DNA of 64,000 bases. It comes from a virus. The position numbers and the translations under genes are program-made. Positions within the stretch are counted from its first letter, which is position 1. The number at the start of each line of letters is the position of its first letter. The notes beneath the pieces were generated by a model that was given only the letters and a program-made list of their open reading frames with translations, was not told where the DNA came from and made no database searches. This document shows positions 19,194-30,524 of the stretch, piece by piece. The stretch lies in the IMG/VR virus record IMGVR_UViG_3300035145_001165, positions 1-64,000 of that record; one strand, written 5' to 3'.

Positions 19194-22082
19194 TCAGGGA
19201 TAAATCGACACTCCACATTCGTTGTAGTTTCCTTCGAGACCACCGTACTGTGCACGGAGTCCGAGTTCGTTACTAGCACCAACACCGATGCCATTAGCAT
19301 CATTATATATCGCTTGGTCCAAATCCGCAAGTGTTGTAAAAGTAGAACCACCATTTGTTGTGTGCTGGTTGATAAATGCATTCATCCAACCATCAAATGC
19401 AGCAGCTTCAGGTTTTCTAGACAGAATAGTACCAAAACTGCTCAGAATTTGTGCGCCAATCTGACCATATGTGAACGTACTCACAGCAGTCGTACTAGCA
19501 TACGAAGAGTTTGTACCAGTAACAAAGTATCTATTGCTACCACTATTGAACGGATTGTAAGTATATGGTGCAGCAGTACCATATCTCAGGTAACCAAAGA
19601 CGGTATCACCATACCCTGCAGGAGTTGTACCTGTGCCAGCAGTACAGTTGACAGTAACAGTAACTGTTCCGCTAGTACCCTGACCTGCAGGACCAGAAAC
19701 AACCAGTTCGTAATCCTTACTACCGTCAGGCGGTGGACCCACACTGAAACTATCCGTTGTGGTGCCAGACAGTTGACTTGTGGTGAAACCAGTAGAAGAC
19801 ACCACTGTAGTGGCATCAGTGGAGCTCCAGGTCAATGTAGTTGTGCTGACAGGGTTAGCAGCGCCGCTACCAATCTCCATAACAGCAGGATTAGCAGTCA
19901 ACGTTGCTGTAGGCAGTTGTGTGACTGTAACTGTAACAGTATCAGTTGTTGTACCTGCAGCGTTTGTTGCCGCAATAGTATATACTGTAGTGGCATCAGG
20001 CGAAGTTGTATAAGTGGTGCCAGTCAATGATGTCTGCGCATCCCATCCAGAATCTGCAGGACTAGAACTATATGTAATAGATGTAGCACCAGTAACAGTG
20101 ATATCTAAGGTAGCACCAGGATCATCGTCAATGTTGATACTAAGGTTAGAAGAAGCACTGGTATCAATTGTGGGAACTGCCAGAGGATTAACCGTCAGTT
20201 CAGCAGTTTCTGTAGTCGAACCATTAGCATTACTCAGTGTAACAGTATAAGTTGTAGTTGTTGTGGGACTAACATTAACAGACTGATATGCAGAACTGCT
20301 AGCACCAGGAATGTTAGATGATACAAACGTTGTAGCATCATAAGAACTGTAAGTAACGTTAGCGGTCTCACCGAAGTCAATCGTACTCGGAGTAACACTC
20401 AGGTTGATTGTAGGTGCTGACGGAACAGTCACAGCAACGTCTTGCGTCACTGTAGTTGAACCATAAGCATTGCTCAACGTAAGCGAGTATGTCGTGGTCG
20501 CCGTGGGGGTAACGACAATGCTCTCCCCAGTTGGTACAGTAGCACCAAAATTACTAGCATCAACTGCAGTAGCACCAGGAGCACTATAAGTAATGGTGCT
20601 AGAGCTACCACTACTAATGCTGTCAGGAGAAGCAGAAATTGTGATAGAAGGTGCCGCAGCATACGTAACATTCGCATAACCAGTCTGTACCAGAACACTT
20701 TCATTATAGATTTGAATAGTATAACCAACAACTTCACCACCAACAGCAGACCCTTCCAGAGTCATTGATACTGTATCGCCAACAATGTAACCGCCTTTAG
20801 AGTTAGTTCCACTACCGCCGACGTTGATAGGTGATCCACTAACATTACCACCACTGGTTTTAGTTACCAGAATATCGAAATTATAAACAGCGTCACAACC
20901 TGCAATAGTGAAACTGGTAGACTGAGTTCCAGATGCAGTGGTAGTTGAGATGTTAAGAGGACCAAATGCATCTGGAACGTTGTCTCCAGTATCAGCAGGC
21001 GGTGGGGGAGCAGTGTATGCAGAACTACTAACTCCCAAGAAAATCATATATGCAGTTTCTTGGAATTCAGGTCGAATAGTAGGATCATTATCCAGACCCA
21101 GAGTAATACCTACCTCAAAAGAACATTGCGTTGCATCCGCTCCCTGCGGTTGCATATACGCTGACATTTGTGAGTGTGAAGGTCGAATGGTACAGGAACC
21201 ATTGTTGATGCTAATGTTACCTTCATTCTGATTATTTGCCTGAACACAATAGGCATTATACCAACTATTAAATCCGTATGCTGAAGAACTTGAACTAATA
21301 TGACTGTTCTGACCTCTGTTTCCAATGGAATCTCCCCATCCTCTATGATAGGATACCGTTCCAGTAATACCCGACTTGAAAGAAAGCCAATGTGAGTGCT
21401 CCGCTCCAGCACCTGCCTGATCTGGCCAAGTATAAGAAGGACCACCTCTAGGATTGATTTTAAAACCAGTGTCGCCGTTACCAGGGTTGGTTCTATCAAT
21501 TCTTGTACTACCACCCTGACTTGTGGTACTTGTCGCGTTTCCGTGATCGTGAGTAGGTTGAGAATTAGCGGTGTGATTCGACAACGCACCACTATCGACT
21601 ACAATATGTCCACCAGAAAGAGATACAGAAGACTGTGCTGTTCTACTAGTGTTGTAAGAGATATTAGGTGATCCGACAACCTGTACTCTAGGTGCAACAT
21701 CAGGAAGTCTCAGAACATTTTGACCACCATATGATCCACACGTATCTGTGTCGCCGCTATCGTGATCTTCTAATTGAGGTGAAGATGCATCTTCAGGTCT
21801 AATTCTACCAGTTCCGATCGGTCTTCTATCACGCAGATCAGGAACATTAAAAGATCCAGTAATACTAGGGAACGAAGCTTCATCGCCAGCACTACCACCG
21901 TAAGTATTACCAATAATTTGATACAGAGCAAGAAACTCGTTAGGGTTCAGACTTCTGCCATTACATTCTTGCCATCCATCAGGAGCATAATAATTACCAT
22001 TAGAATCTTTCGGCATCATCGCAATGGTGCCGACTTGGACTCCTGTCCACGCTGGATTCGTCTCGGAATAATACTTAGACAT
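19194..22082 (-). CDS. Tail-collar domain fibre protein with Thr/Ser-rich Ig/PKD-like repeats
   Basis: Collar motif GTIAM..PDGWQECNG..LYQIIGNTYGG..FNVPDLR, plus repeated PTxTTTYTxTxSNAxG units. Confidence 0.8.
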   Translation of the reverse strand: MSKYYSETNPAWTGVQVGTIAMMPKDSNGNYYAPDGWQECNGRSLNPNEFLALYQIIGNTYGGSAGDEASFPSITGSFNVPDLRDRRPIGTGRIRPEDASSPQLEDHDSGDTDTCGSYGGQNVLRLPDVAPRVQVVGSPNISYNTSRTAQSSVSLSGGHIVVDSGALSNHTANSQPTHDHGNATSTTSQGGSTRIDRTNPGNGDTGFKINPRGGPSYTWPDQAGAGAEHSHWLSFKSGITGTVSYHRGWGDSIGNRGQNSHISSSSSAYGFNSWYNAYCVQANNQNEGNISINNGSCTIRPSHSQMSAYMQPQGADATQCSFEVGITLGLDNDPTIRPEFQETAYMIFLGVSSSAYTAPPPPADTGDNVPDAFGPLNISTTTASGTQSTSFTIAGCDAVYNFDILVTKTSGGNVSGSPINVGGSGTNSKGGYIVGDTVSMTLEGSAVGGEVVGYTIQIYNESVLVQTGYANVTYAAAPSITISASPDSISSGSSSTITYSAPGATAVDASNFGATVPTGESIVVTPTATTTYSLTLSNAYGSTTVTQDVAVTVPSAPTINLSVTPSTIDFGETANVTYSSYDATTFVSSNIPGASSSAYQSVNVSPTTTTTYTVTLSNANGSTTETAELTVNPLAVPTIDTSASSNLSINIDDDPGATLDITVTGATSITYSSSPADSGWDAQTSLTGTTYTTSPDATTVYTIAATNAAGTTTDTVTVTVTQLPTATLTANPAVMEIGSGAANPVSTTTLTWSSTDATTVVSSTGFTTSQLSGTTTDSFSVGPPPDGSKDYELVVSGPAGQGTSGTVTVTVNCTAGTGTTPAGYGDTVFGYLRYGTAAPYTYNPFNSGSNRYFVTGTNSSYASTTAVSTFTYGQIGAQILSSFGTILSRKPEAAAFDGWMNAFINQHTTNGGSTFTTLADLDQAIYNDANGIGVGASNELGLRAQYGGLEGNYNECGVSIYP

Positions 22083-22969
22083 TAGAATTTGATGATATAT
22101 TCTACGATCATATAGGGAGTTGTCACGTGATTTAAACTTTCTCTAGGATCTGCGTTGACATTTCCTTGACAGGAACTACCAGCAAAACTAATCGTAACCT
22201 GCTGTCTAGTGAACTGCAGGTGCTGAGCGACACTTTGACCAGATACACTATGATTGTGATTAATAGTACCGCCATTGTGGGAGATACTAAAAGTTTGAAC
22301 ATTACAACCAGTCAAATTGATATCAGTGTTATCCTGCATATCAGTATCAACACTTTCAGGTCTAACATCACTTTCTTGCCAAGCAAAACCACCGTGATTA
22401 TGACGAGCAACGTTCGCCGCTGATAAAGATGCAGAACTGAGACTAGTTCCAGTAGCAGTTAACTGCGGATTGCCAGAAATGTCAGCAGTCTTTGCTGCTC
22501 CAGTAACAGAACCATTAAATGTAGAATTCACAGTAGGTTGAATAGTTGCTCTATATCCAATACCTGCTCTCTCATATGTTCCGCCACCACTCATTGACAT
22601 ATTGCCAGTAAACTCTTGACCAGCAGTACCAGATGGAATAAGTACCTTTGCGCCTAAGTTAGGAACACAAAATGTACCTGAAACAAAATCTCCAGCAGCA
22701 TCAAATGTTGGATTTAATAGATTAGAACCCAGTAAACCAGGATTAAATCTACACCCAGCAACAGAACCACCACCAGTAGGACCGACGCCAATAATTCTAG
22801 CAAGAGAAGGGTAATCTCTTGCTTGATATATTTTACCGTCGCACCTTAAGTATCCACCAGGAACTCTCTCGTCTTTTTCCGCAGTTGATTGACATTCTCT
22901 AGAAAAAGGGACAATAACTCCTGGCGCAACTCCCTGCGCTCCTTTTACTCTAGAATATACTTTTGCCAT
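22082..22969 (-). CDS. Tail-collar domain (short tail fibre-like) protein
   Basis: PGGYLRCDG..YPSLARIIG..FCVPNL, HxH motifs, and C-terminal PYMIVEYIIKF. Confidence 0.8.
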   Translation of the reverse strand: MAKVYSRVKGAQGVAPGVIVPFSRECQSTAEKDERVPGGYLRCDGKIYQARDYPSLARIIGVGPTGGGSVAGCRFNPGLLGSNLLNPTFDAAGDFVSGTFCVPNLGAKVLIPSGTAGQEFTGNMSMSGGGTYERAGIGYRATIQPTVNSTFNGSVTGAAKTADISGNPQLTATGTSLSSASLSAANVARHNHGGFAWQESDVRPESVDTDMQDNTDINLTGCNVQTFSISHNGGTINHNHSVSGQSVAQHLQFTRQQVTISFAGSSCQGNVNADPRESLNHVTTPYMIVEYIIKF

Positions 22970-23751
22970 TAGTATGCTTTGATAATGTATATTGCAGTCT
23001 GGTACGGCGGAGTAAAATCCAAGGCAGCGTTACCTAAGCCTGGATTATTATTTAGGGAGATATTGTCACTTGTGTAAGACTCTTGATAGTTAGGAACTTG
23101 CATTCCTGCAGGATTTACATCATAACTAACTGAACTGTGCGAGTGTGCTCCACTAGGAACACTAAATCTATTGTTCTGATCATCATTAGGACAACCAACA
23201 TAGTTAGTACTCTTCTGATGCATACCACGAGAAGTTTGGAATGTTTGGTCACCACCAGATTCAGCACTAGGAGTACCACCATACTGGTTAAGAATAGTAT
23301 TAACGGTTTGGTTGTGACCGTGTGCTGGTATGTTCTCCAATGACATCACCCTAGGTTGAACATATGCAGTCTGAGACCACATATTACCAGAGTTCTGAAC
23401 TTGAGAACTATTATAAGAAATAGTTTTATTTGGTTTGCCGTCTACATTCCACTGTGCATACAAACCAACGTTATCAGTGTTGTTACCACCCTGACCAGTA
23501 TATGTACTTCCTTTGTGGAAAGGTACTCTACCGTTGTTTAAATTAGGAACTTGAAAGTCACCAGATTGATCAGAACCACCATAGGTATAACCAATAACAT
23601 CCTTTAGCAAAGGATAGTTTGCATTCTGATATGTACCACCATCACATTCCAACCATCCGTGGGGGATGTCGCCATTACCCCCAGTCCACGCCATAATTGT
23701 ACCGATCGCGGCATTTTTAAAGCCGCGAACTTCTGCTAGATTCTTAGACAT
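22969..23751 (-). CDS. Tail-collar domain (short tail fibre-like) protein
   Basis: IGTIMAW..PHGWLECDG..YPLLKDVIGYTYGG..FQVPNL and C-terminal PPYQTAIYIIKAY. Confidence 0.85.
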   Translation of the reverse strand: MSKNLAEVRGFKNAAIGTIMAWTGGNGDIPHGWLECDGGTYQNANYPLLKDVIGYTYGGSDQSGDFQVPNLNNGRVPFHKGSTYTGQGGNNTDNVGLYAQWNVDGKPNKTISYNSSQVQNSGNMWSQTAYVQPRVMSLENIPAHGHNQTVNTILNQYGGTPSAESGGDQTFQTSRGMHQKSTNYVGCPNDDQNNRFSVPSGAHSHSSVSYDVNPAGMQVPNYQESYTSDNISLNNNPGLGNAALDFTPPYQTAIYIIKAY

Positions 23752-26700
23752 TAGAGTTCAATGAGACGCCAACCAATAACTGCGTTGATATAAAGGAGAC
23801 CAATACCTGCTCCAGGTGTCTGGATAACCAGTGTGCCGTCGGTAGCACCCTGAACAGGAATAGCGGTACCTGTCTTAACGATAATCGACTTATTATATGT
23901 AAGTGCATCTGTCACGTCAAGGATACGAATCTGATCACCCTTCTGTGCAGAAGGCAGTGTCAGTTCAACACTTGCACCAGAGAATGTAGTGACATAGTAG
24001 TTGACGTTGACTGCCAGGTTAGTATTGGTGCTAACCTCATCCCAGCGGCGACCAGCAGTAGGTGTGAAGTAACCAGTGACCTGATTAAGATCAACGGTAC
24101 CATCAGCATATACCTTAATGTTGTTATCACCACCATTGTTGATGTCAAGACCACCACCGTTAGCAGTGATGTTTCCATCAACGTCAAGGTTGCCACCGAT
24201 GTTAGTATTGCTGGCAACACCAAGACCACCGTCAATAACAACAGCACCCTCATCATTGTCATTAGACTGCGCAGTGCTGTGTACTCTGAGTGTACCAGAG
24301 TTATCGGCATCGTTACCAATAACTGTGTTACCTGTAGCAGAATCAACGGTGAACGTTGTGTCAGCATTGATGTCAGTCTTCTTAATAGTAAGGTCATCAC
24401 CCAGTGTCAGTGCACCAGTGGAGTGCATTCTGGAGTTAGGATCAGTCTCTGTACCATCGCCAACGAAATCAATCTGACCAGTAGGCACCATCTTAAGGCG
24501 CATATCGCTGTCATCGAAGACAGTGAATGCTTCTGTAGAACTGATCTCGATCTTGGTAGAACCGTTGACCCACAGTTTCTGCAGAGAATCAGGTGTTGCT
24601 TCACCAATGGACACATTGCTGTTGAGATCCATCTGGATACCGCCGTCGGCATCACCGATACGAGCGGAACCATCTGCCTTAATAACCAGTGTTGCGGTAG
24701 AAGCATCATCAAAGTGATCGTTGCTCCAGACTGCATCACCAACCACAAGATTCTGACCTTGCAGAGTGGCGTAGTTGTTAGCACGATTTACATCATCTTG
24801 CTTGATATCGATACGAAGGTTGTCCGCACTAGTATCACTGTCAAGGCGATACATCTTAGCGTTGCCGCCACGGATGAACAGGTCCTTAGTAACAGTCAGG
24901 TCACCAACCAGTTCGTGAGAACCGTTGCTAAGAGCAGTCAGAGTACCGTCGATAGTCAGGTTACCGTTAGACTGACCACCGCCAACAGATTCAACCTCAC
25001 CAGATCCAGCAGCGCCTGCACGAACAGTAACATCGCCACCGACCCAGAGACCCACAGAAGCGACAACTTCTGTAGAATCACCAGTGTTGATCGAGACGCG
25101 ACCAACACCGTTGCCATCGTCATCATAGACGCGGAAAGCGTGGATGCCAGTGGGGTTCAGGTTGTCGCCACCAACCCACAGGGAGTTGCGGAAGATACCA
25201 GAACCTTCAACGTCCAGAGTCTGCTGAGGAATCACGCTACCGTTAGTAACGCGAGTGTTCTTCAGGTTGACACCCAAGCGCATATCGCTGCCTGTAGCAA
25301 TCGAAGTAGAACCAGCGCCAGTGGTGTAGGTGGTCAACGCATCAGCGCCGATAACACCCCATTCTCTCCATCCGTAGGAAGGAGTCTCGCCTTGCTGGAA
25401 ACCATCGATCTGACACCAGATCCAACCCATCGTGGTGTTGTAGTTGATGTTAGCGATACGGTGTGCTTCGCCAACAGTCTCAGTACCACGCAGTTCAATC
25501 GTACCCTCTTGCTTAAAGGATTCCGATGCAGGAACAGTCTTGTCCTTGGATGCCTTGATAGAATAGGTAAGACCAGAGGAGACGTTTCTGGGGTTGAGTT
25601 CCCAAACAGCAAACTGAATTGTGTTGGGTTTGAAGGGAGGGTTGAAGACCATATCAGTCTCAACCAGTGCGGGGTCAACACTAGAAATACCAGTGTTAGC
25701 AACCGACTTGATTGTCAGTGAACCAGGGTCATCGCTACTGTTAGCAAACTGATCACCAACCTCAATGGTGACAGGTGTGGAGAAGAATGTACCGCCAGGT
25801 GCAGAGATCTGGAAGTCATTTTGCAGGTCAAACTTGACTTTGTTGTTAACAGTCAGAGTATCAACCGTGAGATCGTTGGTGTTCTCGTCTTCGTCAGCGT
25901 TCTCACCAGCAACTCTCAACACAGAGTCATCAATCTTCGTCTCTTCACCAGAGATAGCGTTGATACGCTGGTTACCCACGAACAGGTCACCGTTAGCGTT
26001 CAGACCAGAGTAGAAGACCACACCGCCGTCTTGACGCTTCGCCTGAGAGAACAGGACTTCATCGTCAGAGAGCACATACTCCTGTCTAGAGGGGAATGCG
26101 GTGGAGTAGTTACCAGGACCGAAACCAGTGTATTCAAAGGTGTGGTTACCAGAACGTGCCTGCGACGGACGACGCAGTTCCATATAGACACGACGGTCAG
26201 CAACAGCACTGCTGGTGCCTTCGATACCAATCCGACGATCCTCACGAGAGGCAACTGCCTTGCCATCTTGTGCTTCCAGAGTAACTGTTGAGGATCTATC
26301 AAGGTTCGCGATCAGGTTTGTAACCGATTCCTTAGTGATGCTGTTCTTGTTATCGTCAGCGGTAACAAGACCGTGGACATAGTTGTCAGCAACAGAGATA
26401 GTTGCAGGAGCATCCTTGACGGTTGAACCATCACCGTCGGGGTCAAACCACAGCGGATCATCAGCAAACAGTTCAGGATACAGTCTCTCGGTCGGGTGAC
26501 CAAACTTAAAGCTGTTAAATTCAGTAACAGAAGGAGAGAAGTCACCACGCAGACAAGTCAGGTAATAGATACCATCCTGCTGGTTGTAGATTCTGCGGCG
26601 CAGAGTCTTGACACGATACACATAGTAGGTGTTTTCGACTTCCTCAACATCAGTGACGCTAACAACCTTGTAGTCTTTCTGGTTACCATCTGCCTCGTCA

Positions 26701-29700
26701 CGAACAAAATCGCCAGGGGTCAGAGTGTAAACAGGAGCGTTACGAATGACATACTGTCTACCAAGGTCATCATCATACTTCTTAAAGTCGTCGCGGCCAC
26801 CGTTAGGTTTCTCAGCAAGAATACCCGTAGCAGAACCGCTAGCGAGAATAGTAGCAGCGCCACTGTCATACTTCAGGTAAGGAAGTAGAGCGAAGTCACT
26901 ACGTAGGATAAGGCGAGTAACGCCACCTTCAATATAAACCTTGTGGACTGTAGGCAGGTTACCACTGATCTCAGTGCTTTCACTGAAACCAGACCAAGCA
27001 ACTGCCAGACCTTCAGTGAACACACCACCAGAAGTGCTGCTCAGTGTAACCTCAGTCAAGATTGTACCAGAGGTCAGTGCAGTACCAGCAGCGATGTTGG
27101 TATTAATAGTATGATCAAAAACCGTCAGTTCAATGCGGTTAGTACCACTGACACTCTTCTCTCTTGCAGATTCAATAGTAAACTTAACACCACAATCAGA
27201 AACCAGTTGCTTACTGTTGCCAGTCAGATATGGATCATAGTTAAAGTCATTCTGGATTTCCAGGTTATTGCCATTAGGATCAATAGTAGGAGAACTACCA
27301 AAGAATACAGGCATATCTGTAGTGCCATCCACTGCTTCCAGAACAACTTTCTGGGGTCTTAGTCTTCTATTCTCGTCAGTTCTGACTTTAAGGACATAAC
27401 CGAGCAGGGGTTCTCTAACGTTGTCGATCTCCTTCGGCACAACGTATCTGAGTCTGTAGATACGGTCATCTTCCCTACGGCGATCGTTGATACGCTTGAT
27501 GTAGGTGTTGGAGGTGGAGATGATTTCTTCATTGACATATTCATCCAGGGTGGATACACGGTTGAAGATCGTGTTAGGTTGCTGAGCTGTATTCAGCACA
27601 TCCAAGTACCACAGACCACTGCGGTTTGGAGATGCAGTCATCTCAGGGTCATACTTCAGCGGATGTCTGGTATTACAGGAGAACACAAAGATCTCATCCT
27701 GTCCAGAAACACCAACGGTGCCACTAGAGGTGAAGGAATACGGAATACCACCACCTTGAATTGCAAGTGCCGCAGTCTCTGCAACCTTGAACTTATTGAT
27801 GTTGCCACTTGTATTGTCATAAATGGCATAGTACATCTTATTCGCATCGATGCCACCAGGCAATTGCGAACCAGGCTTAGCACGGAAGAACACAGCAGTT
27901 GCTGCTTTCGTGGCGAAACCTTTGTCAAAGACGTGGGGTGACTCCAGGGTGAATTCATTAGTTGCAGGGTCAGCAACAGTAACCTTATACTTAAAGGGAG
28001 TCGGGTTCACATCGAAGATGTACTGATACATCTCAATCTGGACACCAGCGTTCAGTGCCTCAGGAATGTGAATAGCGTTACCAGCAGCAGCGTCATCCTC
28101 AGATGCTGCGAGCAGGAAGGTGTTCAGATCTTCTGTGGGGAAAGTCTGATCGGGAGGAACTGGTGCTGTATGGCGACCAGGAGCGATCACATAGTAGACC
28201 GTGTTGGGTTCCAGACCCTTAGGCAGTCTTACCAGAGCATCGTCAATGTTGGAATTAGTTCTTCTAGGAACCAGTCTGACAGGTGTACCAGTGTACAAAC
28301 CGTGAGACTCAGGACAGGTGAAGATCGTAGCACGATATGTAATCGTCTCACCTTGAGCATTCTGTACCGACTGTGTTGCAGTGGACAGAGTATTAACAGT
28401 GAAGGTGTCGAAACCAGAAGGAGTCAGTTGTGCAGACTTCTCCTGAGGACCAGATTCACCAGCAGCAATGTCTGGATCCAGTTTCGCATAGATTCGATCA
28501 TCACGCTTACCACCGATCTTGTAGTCCTGCAGGATATAAGTTGGGGTGTTATCAGGATCAGAAACTTCCTCAGCTTCACCATACAGATAGACACGAGTAG
28601 AACCAGAAGGTTCCTTCGATGCCAGGATGTCAACACCGTAGTACGGAGGTTGTGTGGTGTCGTCAAGGTCAATCGTCTCAGGAGGAACGATATCAGTAAC
28701 GAAACCGTGCTTATCTTGGAAGAAGGCGAATCCCTTATATCCGATAGCATCCAGAGCGGTGTTACCGAAGTTAGAGTTAGAGTTGGTGATCGAGATGTCA
28801 GCACCAGACTCAATCAGGAAGTGATCTGCGAAACCCACCGCAAAGATCGACACCGCCTGAATGAATGCATCATTCGACAGTCTGACGTGAGCGTTTCTCC
28901 ACTCGTTCTTAAAGTATGCTCTACCATCAGTGTGGTAGGGAGTGGTAGCAAACGAACCTGTTGCCAGTTCTTCAGGGTCAGTGACAGCAACGCCGTTCCA
29001 AGCAGATTCAAACTGCGCAGTCTCTTCGTTGAACTTGGTGAATGCGCGGTCGTCTTTCTGCAGTGACACACCAGTGTACTGTGCGCACACCATCGACTTG
29101 AATCCAGTAACCTTAGATCCGTCAGCGTGCATACCTGCCAGACCCCAGGTAGAACGAATCGACAGGTTAAAGATATAAGGTGATGCGGAGTCAACCGTAT
29201 CGATCTCTGCCTGAACAATAGCGTTCTCGTTCAGTCTGTTTGGTGGCAGTGATGCTGTAGTATATGTTGTACCAGAAATCAGCGATGTGATGCTGGTATT
29301 AACACGGTAATAGAAAAGAGTATTATCTGCAGGGTCAAGACGGGTGATTAGGAACGAACCGTGCAGATCGTTAGTCAGTCCAGTATCGTCAATAGTAACA
29401 AACTGACCCACGAAGTAACCGTGAGGTGCTTTTGTCTTGATCCTGATTTCAGTTGCGTTGCCACCCAACGCCTGAGGAGTGATCGACTCGATGACCTTTT
29501 TGTCAGAGAGAGGACCCACAATACGGTTTTCCAGGTCCGTCTCAGCAATAGCGCCGTCGGTATTGATGTCGGTGACCATATTTTCATAGGCATCACCGAT
29601 CTTGTCGTAATAGAGTTCCAGATCTTCAGCGTCTGCAAACTCAAAGTTTGTAATCTTGTGGTGGGAGAAAGTCGGATCTGCCTTATTACCAGAGGCATCA

Positions 29701-30236
29701 AAGTAAACCTTCTGCTTACCATCAAAAATCGAGAATTGCCAGAAATAGCAACCACCAGTTACATTAAAGATGGATGTAGTAGGAATACTAGTATCCGTCG
29801 GGTTTGGCACATACAGAGGACGAATCTTAGTCTTCCTGAGGTCCATACCCACCAAGGAGGTACCTCTAGGAACAATAACACCACCAGTAGTCGAGTTAAA
29901 CTTATAAAGATCGTTCTGGGAGTTACCCAGATCGAAGTTCACATTACTTGTGAAATCAGGAATTTGAGTGGCACTCGCAACACCAGGACGGTTGTCAATA
30001 TAGTGGTCTCCAGGAGACAGCACAACTGTAAATTCGTCAAATCGGTCGTTATCAGGACCTGATTTATACGAAAATCTAGCAACTTCCAGGAAAGCTCTCT
30101 GAACGCTCCTGAAAGGTCTAGTCGGGGAGTTACCCCTATTGTTTACGTCATCTGACGCATTAAAGTCGTCAGGCGACACATAAACAAAGCGTCCAGTCTT
30201 ACTGGAAATTAGATTCTCTAGTCTGGTAAGTGCCAT
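23751..30236 (-). CDS. Large cyanophage tail-fibre / virion structural protein (2161 aa)
   Basis: The MALTRLENL..YVSPDDFNASD..NRGNSPTRPF N-terminus is typical of T4-like cyanophage fibre proteins. The C-terminus ends in a LTLP..GDQIRILD..GWRL domain. Confidence 0.75.
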   Translation of the reverse strand: MALTRLENLISSKTGRFVYVSPDDFNASDDVNNRGNSPTRPFRSVQRAFLEVARFSYKSGPDNDRFDEFTVVLSPGDHYIDNRPGVASATQIPDFTSNVNFDLGNSQNDLYKFNSTTGGVIVPRGTSLVGMDLRKTKIRPLYVPNPTDTSIPTTSIFNVTGGCYFWQFSIFDGKQKVYFDASGNKADPTFSHHKITNFEFADAEDLELYYDKIGDAYENMVTDINTDGAIAETDLENRIVGPLSDKKVIESITPQALGGNATEIRIKTKAPHGYFVGQFVTIDDTGLTNDLHGSFLITRLDPADNTLFYYRVNTSITSLISGTTYTTASLPPNRLNENAIVQAEIDTVDSASPYIFNLSIRSTWGLAGMHADGSKVTGFKSMVCAQYTGVSLQKDDRAFTKFNEETAQFESAWNGVAVTDPEELATGSFATTPYHTDGRAYFKNEWRNAHVRLSNDAFIQAVSIFAVGFADHFLIESGADISITNSNSNFGNTALDAIGYKGFAFFQDKHGFVTDIVPPETIDLDDTTQPPYYGVDILASKEPSGSTRVYLYGEAEEVSDPDNTPTYILQDYKIGGKRDDRIYAKLDPDIAAGESGPQEKSAQLTPSGFDTFTVNTLSTATQSVQNAQGETITYRATIFTCPESHGLYTGTPVRLVPRRTNSNIDDALVRLPKGLEPNTVYYVIAPGRHTAPVPPDQTFPTEDLNTFLLAASEDDAAAGNAIHIPEALNAGVQIEMYQYIFDVNPTPFKYKVTVADPATNEFTLESPHVFDKGFATKAATAVFFRAKPGSQLPGGIDANKMYYAIYDNTSGNINKFKVAETAALAIQGGGIPYSFTSSGTVGVSGQDEIFVFSCNTRHPLKYDPEMTASPNRSGLWYLDVLNTAQQPNTIFNRVSTLDEYVNEEIISTSNTYIKRINDRRREDDRIYRLRYVVPKEIDNVREPLLGYVLKVRTDENRRLRPQKVVLEAVDGTTDMPVFFGSSPTIDPNGNNLEIQNDFNYDPYLTGNSKQLVSDCGVKFTIESAREKSVSGTNRIELTVFDHTINTNIAAGTALTSGTILTEVTLSSTSGGVFTEGLAVAWSGFSESTEISGNLPTVHKVYIEGGVTRLILRSDFALLPYLKYDSGAATILASGSATGILAEKPNGGRDDFKKYDDDLGRQYVIRNAPVYTLTPGDFVRDEADGNQKDYKVVSVTDVEEVENTYYVYRVKTLRRRIYNQQDGIYYLTCLRGDFSPSVTEFNSFKFGHPTERLYPELFADDPLWFDPDGDGSTVKDAPATISVADNYVHGLVTADDNKNSITKESVTNLIANLDRSSTVTLEAQDGKAVASREDRRIGIEGTSSAVADRRVYMELRRPSQARSGNHTFEYTGFGPGNYSTAFPSRQEYVLSDDEVLFSQAKRQDGGVVFYSGLNANGDLFVGNQRINAISGEETKIDDSVLRVAGENADEDENTNDLTVDTLTVNNKVKFDLQNDFQISAPGGTFFSTPVTIEVGDQFANSSDDPGSLTIKSVANTGISSVDPALVETDMVFNPPFKPNTIQFAVWELNPRNVSSGLTYSIKASKDKTVPASESFKQEGTIELRGTETVGEAHRIANINYNTTMGWIWCQIDGFQQGETPSYGWREWGVIGADALTTYTTGAGSTSIATGSDMRLGVNLKNTRVTNGSVIPQQTLDVEGSGIFRNSLWVGGDNLNPTGIHAFRVYDDDGNGVGRVSINTGDSTEVVASVGLWVGGDVTVRAGAAGSGEVESVGGGQSNGNLTIDGTLTALSNGSHELVGDLTVTKDLFIRGGNAKMYRLDSDTSADNLRIDIKQDDVNRANNYATLQGQNLVVGDAVWSNDHFDDASTATLVIKADGSARIGDADGGIQMDLNSNVSIGEATPDSLQKLWVNGSTKIEISSTEAFTVFDDSDMRLKMVPTGQIDFVGDGTETDPNSRMHSTGALTLGDDLTIKKTDINADTTFTVDSATGNTVIGNDADNSGTLRVHSTAQSNDNDEGAVVIDGGLGVASNTNIGGNLDVDGNITANGGGLDINNGGDNNIKVYADGTVDLNQVTGYFTPTAGRRWDEVSTNTNLAVNVNYYVTTFSGASVELTLPSAQKGDQIRILDVTDALTYNKSIIVKTGTAIPVQGATDGTLVIQTPGAGIGLLYINAVIGWRLIEL

Positions 30237-30269
30237 TACCTAAAATATTATGATGGTGGTTGTCCTGTT

Positions 30270-30281
30270 TGATATTTATCA
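30270..30281 (-). promoter_or_regulatory. T4-type late promoter (GATAAATA)
   Basis: An ATAAATA core lies about 35 nt upstream of the 2161-aa structural gene. Similar cores occur near 2895, 17185, 43568 and 57283. Confidence 0.55.
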
Positions 30282-30524
30282 GAGGAACATTCCCTTGTCT
30301 GACAAATATCTTAGTGTGGTCTTCATATCGCCAATGTGCTTCAAACCGACAGCACACTGTGGATATGTTGCGTCTTCACCAAATTCATTGCGAAATTGAT
30401 GATCCTCGAAATGTTTACCTAATTCGTATTTTTGGAAGTCATCGACTTCGCTGAGATTTTCCAAAAGTGCTGCTAGACGCTCACACTCTTGGCTGCCGTT
30501 GCTATACAGTACTGCTGTGGTCAT
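30279..30524 (-). CDS. Glutaredoxin-like protein (SxxC instead of CxxC)
   Basis: AVLYSNGSQECERL...F..EFGEDATYPQ...HIG Grx-fold pattern. Confidence 0.65.
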   Translation of the reverse strand: MTTAVLYSNGSQECERLAALLENLSEVDDFQKYELGKHFEDHQFRNEFGEDATYPQCAVGLKHIGDMKTTLRYLSDKGMFL

